Shown: positions 1 to 12,291 of the stretch, piece after piece
How the letters are laid out: each line of letters starts with the position of its first letter
Numbering within the stretch: the stretch's first letter is position 1
NCBI GenBank assembly: GCA_002104945.1
Contig: MCFH01000048.1
Location: 383,868-447,867, forward strand
Origin: Piromyces finnis finn
Taxonomy: Eukaryota; Fungi; Neocallimastigomycota
DNA: 64,000 nucleotides
Direction of reading: 5' to 3'
The notes under the pieces: model-generated
Database searches by the model: none
What the model was told of the DNA's origin: nothing
What the model saw: the letters and a program-made list of their open reading frames with translations, nothing else
Position numbers and translations under genes: made by a program

Positions 1-1250
1 ATTTAAGAAAAATAAGACCAAGAACGAAAATCCCGAAGAATTTAAAGAAAAATTCTCCAACTTCATGGCTAGAGTTAAACCGGATTACAGTCAAGGCTCC
101 CGCGAAGAACAGTACTACTACTACAAGAAACACCCAAGAATCTATAATCTAAATATCAAGAACTCAGTTTTCTTTCGACCAGAGGGTTTCAAGGGGCGAT
201 AAGTCCTTGAAATCCAAAGCAATCAGGGCTTCAGGAAAGTATTCAAGGATCATCCACCTCGATACGTGGGCAAAGATCAAGGCCTTGAATACCTTAGAGA
301 TCTCAAGGCGTATCTACAGACCTATACGTCAAACGTGAAAGAGTCTCAAATAAGGGATGCTGTTCTTGAGAGGGGAGGTAAAGAAGTAAAAGCATTGTAT
401 AAAAACGTATTCTTGAAGAGGCTGGATAACCAATCTATTAAATGGAATGACATCGTAACTTGGAAGAAACTTAACTTATTCGTCTACCATTTTGAGAAGC
501 AATTCTGAGAACGAACCATCGAAGAACAAGAAAAATTCTGTAGGACTATTCGTCCGTTAAAGGTAACCAGCGAAGAAAACGTAGAGAACCTAATAGAAAC
601 AATAGAAAAGTATGCCGATAATTTAAATAAAACTTTCTAAAGCTGTTTCCTTAAATTAACCAAGAACTGCTCGAAATCGGTTATAAAGCCATGCCTTGAA
701 AAGTTGACTCAATTACCTACTTATGACCCATGCGAAGATTTCGATGAGCAAAACGCCAAGAACAAAGAAATCTACGAAGAATTAGTTAATATATTACTCT
801 CGGAACTAGCAAAGGAAGAAGGATCTAAAAATCTTAGAGAAGATATCAACTTATTTATGGCTACCGAAAAAGAAAAGCCTAGTAAAAAACCTACCAGAAA
901 GGAATCTCATGTACCTAGAACAACTAGTTATAATTCAAACAATAAAATTCTCCACCAACCCTATTCCCATAGGAATAAGAAAGGTAAGAAACCATATCGT
1001 CAGTCTCATAATATTGACGAAAACATTTTAGATGAAAACATAACAGAAAAGGATAAATTTTCAACTGAGGAAATCAAGGCTCGAAACACCTCATCAACCC
1101 GAAATTTTGAGGAAGAATGCATTATAATAAGGCACTCATCATGGACAATGCCTTTAATGCAAAATATGGTATAGTATTACTAGATTCCGGATCCGCAGGT
1201 AACTGCATAGGATCTAATTTATAAAGGAACTTAAAGTTAAAACCTATCTC
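1..1250 (+). pseudogene. gag: Degenerate copy of the integrase-less multi-ORF retroelement: end of ORF C, gag and start of the aspartic protease
   Basis: Translation (RVKPDYSQGSREEQYYY, YLRDLKAYLQTY, IRDAVLERGGKEVK) is collinear with 16905-17555(-) and 32880-34031(+). Protease motif IVLLDSGSAGNCIG lies at ~1170-1212. Contains stops and frameshifts. Confidence 0.85.
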
Positions 1251-1555
1251 AGTATGTTCTTCTACAACTTGTTTTCTCTGTTTCCGAGCTAATAAAGATT
1301 CTTCTTCTTCATCACTTTCACTTCCGTTATTTTCTGACTCAAGGTTGGTATCATTTAGCGTACTAACTATTGCATTTGCTTCACTTCCTGACTGTTATCC
1401 ACTTTTAATGACATCCGGGATAATGCGTCAGCTAAAATATTCGCTTTTCCAGGTTGATATCTTACTTCTACCATATTTTGGCTAAAGTCATTAACCCAGC
1501 GAGCGTGTTTTGAAGTTTGATGTTCATTTTTATTAATGATAGCAACTAACGGAAG

Positions 1556-2266
1556 TGTAAAGATATAAGATATATCTTTAAATTATTTAACAATTAATTA
1601 ATAACTGTTAAATAAAAATCTTGATATTTTAATGAGAATTATTCATAAAATTTATTCAATAAATTTTATGGAATAATTAAATAATAATTAATTTTAAAAT
1701 ATCAAGGTTAAGAAATGAAATTTGGATAAATATTTAAATTAATGGATAATTAAATTTAAATATTTTAAATATTCAAATTAAATCTTAAAAAGTTTTTATT
1801 TAATTAAAATTAGTTTAATAACTTTAGGTAGTTTTAAAATAAGTTTTTTTAATAAAAAATATATTATAAATAGTATTATTAATATTAAAATAATATATAA
1901 ATAATGCATGGACTGTATCCAATTTGCAGTTTACTCAAATTGAATCAAAAGTGTATTTAATTTGTTTTAGTTTAGTTTTATTATTTATTTAAATTTGTAT
2001 TAAGTTAGTTTTGTTTATTTTATATTAAATATATGTATAATTGAATGAAAAATATATAAAATGAATGTAAATGAAAAAACATATAAATACATGTATTTTT
2101 TCCAAATTTTAAATAAACGTAGTTGTTATTGACTATTATATAGTTAATAACTTTTAAAAAGAAATATTAATTGAAAATTTTTATTTATTTTAGTGTTTAA
2201 ATTTTTTTTTTATTTTTTGTGTTTTATTGTAAAATTAATAATCTGTTTTAAAATTATTATTTTACA
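1556..2266. mobile_element. Solo LTR (family A, ~710-800 bp), opposite orientation to the 2818 copy
   Basis: TGTAAAG...TTTTACA termini with 5-bp TSD GGAAG (1551-1555, 2267-2271). It splits the RNase H of the host gypsy. Confidence 0.9.
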
Positions 2267-2817
2267 GGAAGGTAGTCAGTATATAAAATAGTTTTGTACG
2301 GATTTCCTAGAACATAATGACGAAATTCCATCAGGCAATAATGAGCAGCGGTACCTTCCAGTTCAGTAATAGGGTAGTTTAATTCAGCTTTCTTTAAGGC
2401 ACGACTAGCATACTTTATAGGATGCTACCCCGTCCTCCAAAAGTTGCAATAATACGCCGCCAATACCACTGAAACTGGCGTCAGAGCGAATAATGAAAGG
2501 AATATCATAACGAGGGAAACACAGAATAGGGGCAGAGGCCAAATATTCTTTAGCAGCTACGAACGACGAATTACACTCAGAATCCCAAATAAACTTGGCG
2601 TCTTTTCTAAGGAGTTTATTCAAGGGAGCAGTAATGGAAGCAAAGTGATCAATAAATTCCCTATAATAACCAACCATACTAAGAAAAGAACGAAGTTCAG
2701 TAACAGATTTAGGAGGATCTAGTTTGAGTATATCATCAACCTTAGATTTAATAGGAAGAAGACCATTAATAGAAACAACATGACCCAACACTTCAACTTC
2801 CTGTAAGCAAAAGTGAC

Positions 2818-3544
2818 TGTAAAAGTTTATAAAAAAACAGATTATAAAATTTTACAATAAAACATAAAACACGAAATAAATAAAAAGAAACAAAAAAAAC
2901 AAAATCTTATTTAAAAATATCTCTTTTATTAATTTTATTTAGTTATTAACTAAATAATAGTCAATAACAATTACATTGTTTTAACCAAGAAATTTTACAT
3001 GTATTTATATTTTTTGTAAATTATATTTTAATATACTATTCTATTTAATTATACATATATTCAATATAAAATAAACAAAACTAATTTCATACTAATTTAA
3101 TTAAATAATAAAATAATAAAACTATACTAAAACTAATTAAATACACTTTTAATTCAATTTGAGTAAACTACAAATTGAATACAGTCCATGTATTACCTAT
3201 ATATTAATTAAATATTAATAATACTATTTATTATTTATTTGTTATTAAAAATGCTAATTTAAAACTACGCTAAAGTTATTAAATTAATTTTAATTAAATA
3301 AAAAAACTTTTTAAGATTTAATTTGAATATTTAAAATATTTAAATTTAATTATCCATTAATTTAAATATTTATCCAGATTTCATTTCTAACTTTGATATT
3401 TTAAAATTAATCTTTATTTAATTATTCCATAAAATTTATACAGTAAATTTTATAAATAATTTTTTCATTAAAATATCAAGATTATTATTCAATAATTATT
3501 AATTAATTATTAAATAATTTAAAGATATACTTTATATCTTTACA
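2818..3544. mobile_element. Solo LTR (family A)
   Basis: TGTAAAAG...CTTTACA termini with TSD GTGAC (2813-2817, 3545-3549). Removing it restores RT ...KVNIEKCH|FCLQEVEVLGHV. Confidence 0.92.
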
Positions 3545-5361
3545 GTGACACTTCTCAATGTTGACCTTTAAACTATTATCGCGAAGGATCTGGAAAACCT
3601 TTTTGATATCACGAAGATGTTGTGAGTAAGGAGAATAAATAATTATGTCATCCATGTATACTTGAATACAAACATTGAGGAGGTCAAAGGAGATACGATT
3701 CATCTCTCTTTGAAAGGTCGCGGGCGCGTTTGTTAAACCAAAAGGCATGACCACGTAATCAAAATTTCCAAAACGCGTAGTAATAGCTGTAATACATTGA
3801 TCTTCTGGTAGCATAGGAATTTGGTGGTATTCACTGAACAGATCTAAGGCCGTGAAAAATCTTGCACCAGTCATTGATTCAAAAGCTTCTCTAATGTTGG
3901 GAATAGAGTAAGCATCCTTTACAGTAATATTATTGACTTTTTTATAATCTGCACAAAAACGCCATTTATTGTGCTTCTTAGGAATCATCACAATGGGAGA
4001 AGCTCAAAGAGAATGGGATGGAACAATAAGGCCTTTATCTAGTAGTTTTTGAAGTTCACCTTTAAGAGCAGCTAGCTGAACTTGTGACAACTTCCGAACT
4101 TTAGCTTTAATGGGTTTAGCGCCATCGACAAGTTCAATGTGGTGTGACCGGAGTTTTGAACGTTGAAGGTCATCAGTGGAACAAGCAATAACATCACGAA
4201 AAGAAAATAGAAAATTTTGAAAATCATCTACAACAATCGGTTCTTCAGAATTATATGAAGGAATAAAATTATGTAGTTCCTCAACTTTACCTAGAATTAA
4301 ATCCTCCTTATTAAGAATAGGCTCGTCCTTGAGAGCAGCTACAATTGGTTTCCTATCAGAAGAGAGGAATAAGTAACAGTAATAGCACAAAGAGTTAAAA
4401 GAATTAATATCAATAATAGGAGTGAGAGGTTCCAGAGTACCTTGACATATCTTAACACAAACGGTTTTATCGACTGCATCAACAATAATACATTGATCAT
4501 GTTGAACTTTCAAACCAATCAGAGCATCATAAAATACGTCGTCATTATCACAAATGCGGAATAGGACCGGAAAGGTATGAGAACCAATACACGCATTGAG
4601 TTCAACCAAATCAAAGGTACGAAGATTATCATCAGCCATAGCCTGTTGAATTTTACTGTAGACTTGGCCTTCAATTTTGAAGTCGTTTATATTATCTAAC
4701 AAGAATTTCCTAGAAACCAAGTTAATATTACTGCAGGAATCGACTAAAAGAAAAGTCTTATGTCCATTCAGTAAGGCATGAACTACTGCAATGTCGTGGT
4801 CTTTTACGGCACCAGACACATAGTCGTGATGAGGATTATTAACGACTTGTAGTTCCAGCGGCTTATTATCCTGTTCAGCCATACCCATAACAATAGAGCT
4901 AGAAGGAACACGTTCCTTCTTTAAGTTGTTGACAAGATCCATACCAGATTGATTGGATAATTCCAAGAGTTGTGCGAAAGTCACATTAGCCTTAGTATTT
5001 TTCAAGTCTTCGCAGATATCATATCTATTTGTCCCTTGAGATAACTTCATTACTTGTACAGTTTTCTCTTTTGGGCCTAAGGGCTGTATAAGTGCGCTTC
5101 CGATATTAGGAGAGGAAGTAATAGGACTTTTACTTTTCTTTTCACTTTTCAGCTTTGAAACATTTTTAAAATATACAGATTTAACATGACTCTCGGACTT
5201 ACGGACAGCTGGAGGTGCCTGGGTTTGCTCCAAATCCATTTCAACACTACTTACGTTTGGGGACGAGGGGAGTTCGAACGCATGACCTGGGGACTGGGGT
5301 TCGAGACAGTGCCCGTTGCACCATTGTGGTGATTTTCCTGAAAATTTTTTGAAAAGGCAAG

Positions 5362-6141
5362 TGTAAAATATTCTAAAGTTCAGGTTTGTATACAACACTA
5401 AACTAACAATTAAACTAATTATTTTTAATAATAATTTTTATTTATTTATTTATTTATTTTTAAAACTATACTAACTAAACAACCGTTGATTACTTTACCG
5501 TGAAGGTTATTTCACCAGAGCCCTCACTAGGTAATCAATTAATATTTTTTATTATTTAAAAACGACTAAACTAATTATAAACTAATGTTAATTTATCTAA
5601 ACAAAATTAACCTATACGATTTTCCAACTATCGTTTCAATAGTTGAAAAATTTTCTTTATTTATACTTTTTAAACAAATTGAATAAATTCTAATATACAT
5701 GTTTTAATATTATAATTTTACATTGTTTACATTTATACATTTATTAAAAGAAATTATTTGTATTAAACTATTTAAATTCAATTTATTTACTAAAGAATTT
5801 TCTAAACTTAAAATTAGAAATAAATAAATTAAATATATGGTTAATTATATTTCAAACATATATTTAATTTATTTATTTCTAATTTTGAGGCTTAGTTTAT
5901 AAAAAAAATTTTTTATTATCTAAAATATTTATTGGTTAAAAATTATTTAATTTAAAATTTTATTTTATCATCAAAAACTTTATCTTATCATAAAATTAAA
6001 TTTTACATAAATTTATGTTAATGTATTGTGATATAAATTTTTGTAATTAAAGAATAAAATTTACGGTACATTAATTTAATACATTATACATTATTTTAAA
6101 TACGTATTAAATACATTATTCTATTAATACAATATTTTACA
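5362..6141. mobile_element. Solo LTR (family B, ~780 bp)
   Basis: 11-bp terminal inverted repeats TGTAAAATATT/AATATTTTACA and TSD GCAAG (5357-5361, 6142-6146). Inverted homolog at 24180-24961. Confidence 0.9.
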
Positions 6142-7445
6142 GCAAGATTCGCCTGGGGGCGTGCCTGAGATGGTTGTGAACTCACCGGAGATGTAGTAGT
6201 ATCAGAATTCGAGGAGGTGAGAGAGTTGCGCCTCTTCATTTAGCTGATTCCTCCTCATTTGTAGAATCTATAATCCTTTTAACTACAGCAATTATATCCT
6301 TTTTGACCGTAGATTCCGATGATGAGTGACCCATTTGGTTACTGGAGGTGGATCGACCTCCATTTAGTGATTTAAACGACCACAGTCTTTTTGGAGGTGT
6401 CCTGGTTCTGGTTGATGGTAGCGATAACACACTTTTTGGGAAAAGTTACCAGACGCATGAGGGGTATTCCTAGGCTGAGTGTAAGATGAATTATACCTGT
6501 TTTGATACTGATTTGGAGGATTATAAGCAGGATAAGGAGTGTAATATTCAGATTGATGATAAGTGGCATAACCATCTCCCATTGGTGCAGAAGGCCTGTT
6601 GTTGAAATAAGGTTCTGGGTAACTAGGTCCAGGAGTCTGGACAGAAGCAACCGGTGTTGAAGGATAATTGTAACTGGAATTATTAGAATATCCATAAGAA
6701 TAAGGGTTAGGATTGGAATAATGACTATCCATCGGACGATATTGTGGTGTATAAGCACCATGAGGATTATAACCGGGAGTAAAGCTATTAGAATAAGAGG
6801 CGTATTCCAGTATTCATGGTTCTTTGCAGTTTGGCAAGCCTCATCAATAGTTGCAGGCTCGTGAATGGTGAGGGCATGTTGTAGTTCTGGACGACTACGG
6901 ATAGCATGCATATAGTCGTACACAGAAACTCTGGGGCAGTATTCCGCATCCAAAGAATGGTAAAGGTCCAAAAATCTATTATTGAATTTATCCACTGTTT
7001 CGTCAGGACGAATAACCATAATCTTTAATCGGCGAAAACCGTCCTGTTTGTTGTTCCAATAGGCTAACCTATTCCTAATTGATGGCATACATTCATCCAA
7101 AGAGGGTGGCCTGTTCCACATGCGTTCAAACCTAATTAGTTAATCAACAATTTCTGGGAAATCGATACAACCGACAATGGTATCGAACTTTTCATTCTCA
7201 TCAACAATACCTTCTTTAGAAAACCATGCTTCCATCTGACTTTTCCACACATCTTCATTGCAATGGGTTTTGTCCAAGATAGGAAGTCTATAATACGAAG
7301 GTCTATTAGCCATAACAAAAATTTACTGAAATTTAAAGGGTTAGGTATTAATGAGTAAACAGAATTTTTTTTTTAATAATTATTTTTCTACTTATTTAAC
7401 TTAAAATAATATAACAAACTAATTATTTAATATATTTTATTTATC

Positions 7446-7487
7446 AAGTTTTCGACCTCCACTTCGGGCCCTCACTAATAAATACTT
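7446..7487 (+). repeat. 42-bp direct repeat, left copy
   Basis: AAGTTTTCGACCTCCACTTCGGGCCCTCACTAATAAATACTT, identical to 9859-9900. Confidence 0.97.
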
Positions 7488-7498
7488 AAAAAAAAAAA

Positions 7499-8611
7499 AT
7501 GGTGCGTAATAAAGCAAGACAATTGGCTCAAAATTTAGGACGTAGAGCAAGAGATAGGATTGTACGAAGAAATCGTAGGATTGGCAATAGACAATTCGAA
7601 TCAGTTAAAGGAAATGCTGCTGGTACAATCCATACTACAACACGTATGATAGTACGTAGAACACCACGCGAACAACGATTTTTACGCAAATTGTTTAAAA
7701 CAAACCCTACTAAAAACAAATATATAAACAGATTTGGTTTTTCTTGGATGGGTGCTGGTGCAGCCTCAAAAACTATTTGGTATAGTGTTTGTCATTTAAA
7801 GTTCAATAATTTATGTACTTATTTACAAGGTCGTAAAATCTTACCGACACAGAGTATATAAGGGGTTTCTGCTACAGTAACCAATGATAAAGCAGTGGGA
7901 AATTCCCCATCAGCTGGTATTTACGTTGGTAAATGTACATTCCATTACGAATTGTACAACCCAACTAATTATTTAATGACTGTATACATATACGATTTAA
8001 TTTGTAAATGTGATACACCACATCAAATAGCATATTCTGATGCTGGTAATGATGGTAATAGTGCCCCTGAAGCTTGTATGCAAAAGGGTTCAAAATCCAT
8101 GACCGATGGAGGTTCTACCCCAACATGGCAAATTGCAGACCCTACACTCGAAATGGGTACATATTGGAATACTGTTGGTATGAAACCAACGGACTATCAT
8201 TTATTTAATATGATTTGGAAAGTCAAAGGAATGAAAAAAATCATTTTACCACCTGGATCATCACACCATCACGTGGTTATATACAACCCAAAAAAGAAGA
8301 TAACCAATGCTAGTTTATTATACCCTAGAGAAACTAGACATACTAATAATAAAATGGGTATTGGTGGTATTACACAAGCAACTTTATTTGGTTTTGAAGG
8401 TCAAGTTGCAACTGAAGACAATCAACGTAGTGATGGTACAATTATAGGTACATTACCTGGTAAATTATTAGTTAAATGTATTAAAAAGGTAAATATATGG
8501 GATCTTCCATGTAACTATCAATCGGTAACATCTGAAGATGACTTAGTAGTATCATGGACTAAACCAACTATATTCTCTGATTTAGTAGAAGTCAATGCAA
8601 TGTCTACATAA
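7499..8611 (+). pseudogene. cap: CRESS virus 1 capsid protein (~370 aa, one in-frame TAA at 7859-7861)
   Basis: ORFs 7499-7861 and 7895-8611 are in the same frame. Arg-rich N-terminus (RRARDRIVRRNRR) is typical of ssDNA virus capsids. Position is opposite a Rep. Confidence 0.8.
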
Positions 8612-8612
8612 G

Positions 8613-8643
8613 AACACGTGACATACAACTAAGTTAACGTGTT
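8613..8643 (-). promoter_or_regulatory. Candidate origin stem-loop of CRESS virus 1
   Basis: AACACGT...ACGTGTT stem, extendable with a bulge. The loop reads TAGTTGTAT on the minus strand, a weak nonanucleotide-like motif. Confidence 0.35.
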
Positions 8644-8895
8644 TGATCCTTATGAGCCGCAGGCTCTAGACCCTGGCCGTTGATTATCACATGTTTATAT
8701 CTCATGGCGATCATGTGATGATCACGTAATGAGTCACACCCTCCCACTTATCCATAGCCAAGTGGTTCTGAGAGGATTGTTTCCTACTCTGGACGGACGG
8801 CTCTGGGGGAGTAGGAGGAACAGATTTTTTTATTTTTTTATTTAACACAAAATGTATACAACACAAATGTAATGTAATGTAAAATTTAATAAACT

Positions 8896-9888
8896 TTATT
8901 TAATATAATTTATTTTGTAAAACAACACATGTACAATTTTTTTTAAAAAGTTTAAGTGTTCAATGTTTAAATTCTTATATAAATCTTCATTGGATAACCA
9001 AATCATTGGTTTTCCCCATTTAACAGTTCTTTTACCACGATATTTATCTGTGAGAGTAAACTGTTTTTGACCCCCAAAGAAACACTTCCAAGAGGGTAAA
9101 AACTTGGTGATATCACTAGAAAAATCGTCTAAAATAATGTAGTCGGCTGTATCATCCCAGTCGTCCATGTTTAGGAGGTTGTTAAAATACATATGTTTAC
9201 CTAAGGACCTGGCCCATTCAGTTTTACCTGAACGACTAGGACCTATTAAAATTAAAGATTGTGGTCTGGACCATTCTCCATATCTACGTAGATTTTCCAA
9301 CCAACCTTGAAAGTAGCAAAGCTTCCACATGGCCAACTCTTCTGGTAACTTAAAGTCACCTTGAGTGTATGGCGAGATGTATTCAGCTTTAGGTTCAGTT
9401 GGAAACATTTTTTTAATGTAAGCAATCCAATTTGAAAAGTGGTTAGCAAACCTGGAAGCAAAACCCTCTTCGTGGAGTCTAGCGATTACTTGATTTTGAG
9501 TCAAACGTTCACTGAGATAACGTTCCCAGTTTGGTTCTTTAGAATCATCACTTCCTTCAACTAATTCCTCTTTGTAATCAAAAGTACAAAGTGGTTCTTT
9601 ATCCTCTTTTGTGAGATATTTGATCATAGGTTCGATGCTTCTTGATCCATTTCGCTTTACAGTAGAAATATGTGGATGTAAACCACACATATCAAAGTTA
9701 AATTCGTTGACAGTTACTCTTTTAGTAAATCTAATATACACGTGAAAATGTCTACGACCAGTCACATGACCTACCTCTTCGGCTACCATTAATTTATCCA
9801 CATGAGCATCAGCAATTACTAATAATTGTAAACTTGCGTATAATTCTTCTTTTGTAATAAGTTTTCGACCTCCACTTCGGGCCCTCAC
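8896..9888 (-). CDS. rep: Geminivirus/genomovirus-type replication initiator protein (HUH endonuclease + SF3 helicase)
   Basis: Motif II HFHVYI, GRS-like FDMCGLHPHI, motif III YLTKED, Walker A GPSRSGKT, Walker B ILDD, TDKYRGK, motif C IWLSN. Motif I is not recognisable and the start (GTG) is uncertain. Confidence 0.95.
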   Translation of the reverse strand: MRARSGGRKLITKEELYASLQLLVIADAHVDKLMVAEEVGHVTGRRHFHVYIRFTKRVTVNEFNFDMCGLHPHISTVKRNGSRSIEPMIKYLTKEDKEPLCTFDYKEELVEGSDDSKEPNWERYLSERLTQNQVIARLHEEGFASRFANHFSNWIAYIKKMFPTEPKAEYISPYTQGDFKLPEELAMWKLCYFQGWLENLRRYGEWSRPQSLILIGPSRSGKTEWARSLGKHMYFNNLLNMDDWDDTADYIILDDFSSDITKFLPSWKCFFGGQKQFTLTDKYRGKRTVKWGKPMIWLSNEDLYKNLNIEHLNFLKKIVHVLFYKINYIK

Positions 9889-9900
9889 TAATAAATACTT
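9859..9900 (+). repeat. 42-bp direct repeat, right copy
   Basis: Identical to 7446-7487 and overlaps the GTG start called for Rep. Confidence 0.97.
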
Positions 9901-10730
9901 TATTCTAATAGTGGATTAGAATGGTGATATTTCTTTAATAGCTGCCGGAAGCACTCTACTCTCCTAATGAATATTTAAGAACTGATATGGTAGCTACCAA
10001 CTCTTAAATAACCTCAATAAATAACTGGAGTAAATATACTAAACTTTTATAATTTATACGCAAGCGTTGTAGCTGTCTAGTATAAACTACTTAATTATAT
10101 TATATTATTAAAAGAATAATAACTTTTTATATCCTTTTCTACTTCTAAGTAGTAAAGGAGGAAAATAACAATAAAACTTCTTAAAAATCGAAAACATTAT
10201 TCTTTCTATCCCCGATATCTCCACCAAGTTGATACGGGTTAATTTTATGTAGAAAGAATTAAACTTTAAATAATATATGTTTTATTAATAACTTTATTTA
10301 TAACGTTCCAATATTTCTATTTTGTCTAAATACTAAAACGTTCTGTCGTTGTCAAATATTAAAATTCTAACTAAAACAAGAAGCTATTTTTAATAATATT
10401 TGTTCTAGTCTATTTATACTAATGAGGCTTACTTAATAATTAATTGTCCAATTATTAGGCTAGAACTATATGGATCATTCATTTACATTATTCTTTTACG
10501 TTACATGATATTACATTTGTCGTACATTTGCATTACATTCTTATACATTGTAGAAATAATTAATATTATAATAAAACTATATAAATTTAATATTAGGAAA
10601 AATTACTAATATAATAATATGTTCAAGTCACATATTATTTTTATATCAATGACGTTAATTGTTCTTGTTACTCCTCGTGATTTGAACTTGTTGATGCTTC
10701 TTCTAAAGATTGATGGATGGATGATTGTTC

Positions 10731-12049
10731 TTATGTGGTTTCTTCTAATTCTTTTGTAATAATATTATTACAAAACCAAGTGTTTTTTGGGGTGGAACGG
10801 TTTTTTGGAGTGTAAAGGTCGTCTTCTCCTAATTCAATGATTGTCATGTTTTCCTTTATATATCTTCTACAAGAAGGGAATTGTACCTGGTCTTCAAATC
10901 TGTTATTGTTTATCCAGATTAAAGGCTTGCCGTTGTAGATTTCCATCTTTCTGACGTATTTGTCAGTGATAGTGGTTACTTTCTGTGAGCCGATCCAAGC
11001 CTTATAAAATGAGAGGTCTACTGGTTTTTCAAAAGTTAGTTCAAAATCGTCCATTATGTTGTAAGAGTCCTCATTGCTGAAGTTTAGGGCGTTCCAGATG
11101 TTCTTAAAGTAAGAGTAGTTTCCCAGAAGTGTTAATAAACTGGTTTTTCCTGAACGAGATTTTCCAGTTATCCAAAGACCTTTTGGGCGTTTTTCTAGCT
11201 TTGTTTTGTCTTCGTGATATTGTTGAATCCATTTTTTAAATAGTCTAAGTAGTGTTTTAATTCAATTGGGATTATAAATTTCTTTTCATAATCCCTTTCT
11301 GGTTTTAAACTCCCCTTTGATTTTACCATGGAATTGAGAAAAGCATTCCAATTTAGAAAGTTTTTAGCGAAGGCGACGTAAAGTTTCTTGCTTGCTTGAA
11401 ATTTTTGATTATTTCTTCTCTTGAAATATTTGGGTTTTGAATTAATTCATCACGAATGAATAAAGCCAATTTTTCGCTATTGTCTTCTTTTTCCTTTTTT
11501 GATTTTTTTTCAAGAGAGGTCATTTTTTCTTTGTAATCGAAGTTGTGAACTAACTGCAATGGTTCTTTTGTGACGTACTTTAGAATTGTTAATTCCGAAG
11601 CTGTTGCTCCATCTGGATGATGTTCTCCTTTATATCTTATGTTTGGATGTGCGGAGCTTATTTCTGAGTATGATGATGGGTTGTTTTTAAATAAGTCTTT
11701 TACGCCATGTTCCCATTCAAATGAGGAACAGAAACCTTTTTGAAAATATTTGCCTTCTGAGTTTTTTTTCCTTCAAAGCGTAAATCTTCTCTGGAATTTG
11801 AACGTCGAAGTGGCGGACATTTCTTGTGTAAAAACCTGATTTTTTTGATCATCTGTAGTTTAAGTAGCAGTGATATTGGTTATGAATTTCTCCTTGTTCA
11901 TGACCCTTTTCTTCGCTGATGAGATATTCCCATTGATTGTCTTCTTTAAGTTTTTCTTCTATTTTTTGAATTGTCAATAATTTGTTAAAGTCTGATGGAA
12001 AGGTTAGAAGTAAAACCTTTTTGTGATTTATTATAAATTTTGTTGACAT
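10731..12049 (-). pseudogene. rep: CRESS virus 2 Rep (one TGA and about three frameshifts, at least two in A-runs)
   Basis: Motif I LLLTFP, motif II-like QYHCYL, GRS RHFDV...HPNI, motif III YVTKE, Walker A GKSRSGKT, Walker B IMDD, TDKY, motif C WINN, assembled by hand across frames. Confidence 0.92.
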
Positions 12050-12062
12050 GGGTTTGGTTAAT

Positions 12063-12127
12063 GTGCGTAAAAAATGCGTAAACCCTATAATATTTATTTA
12101 ATATTATAGGGTTTACACATTACGCAC
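12063..12127 (+). promoter_or_regulatory. Rolling-circle origin: hairpin with TAATATTAT nonanucleotide and iteron-like repeats
   Basis: Perfect 17-bp inverted repeat 12078-12094/12100-12116 and outer GTGCGTAA/TTACGCAC arms. TAATATTAT at 12099-12107. TGCGTAA repeated at 12064 and 12075. Lies between the divergent rep and cap. Confidence 0.88.
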
Positions 12128-12291
12128 GCAATTTTTATATATATGTTTTTAATTTTTAAAATTTCCTTTTATGGTGTAGAATATTCATTTTTTATGATTT
12201 TTTTAATTGGTTAATTTTTCAATTTTTTTTCATATAAATAGGCCACATTCGCCAATTTTTTTGACCAATCTTTTTTAATAATTAATTTACT

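Larger units (their letters stand above)
1255..7313 (-). mobile_element. Degenerate Ty3/gypsy LTR retrotransposon (gag-PR-RT-RNaseH, truncated before integrase), interrupted by three solo LTRs
   Basis: gag ATG at 7313 (MANRPSYYRLP) with a Zn-knuckle-like CYRYHQPEPGHLQKDC. Protease LLVDSCSNIN, RT VMPFGLTNAPATFQ/YMDD (3503-3991), RNase H RSDASFSGIGG (2405-2791), ADALSR at ~1410-1430. Confidence 0.9.
7446..9900. mobile_element. Endogenous CRESS ssDNA virus 1 (2413-bp unit, convergent cap and rep)
   Basis: Capsid-like ORF on + and HUH/SF3 Rep on -, bounded by an exact 42-bp direct repeat (7446-7487, 9859-9900). Confidence 0.93.

Noticed and set aside
9252-9461. Overlapping small ORF inside Rep 1 (C4-like)
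   Set aside because: Only 69 aa with a non-ATG start, in the wrong part of Rep for C4, and no motif support.
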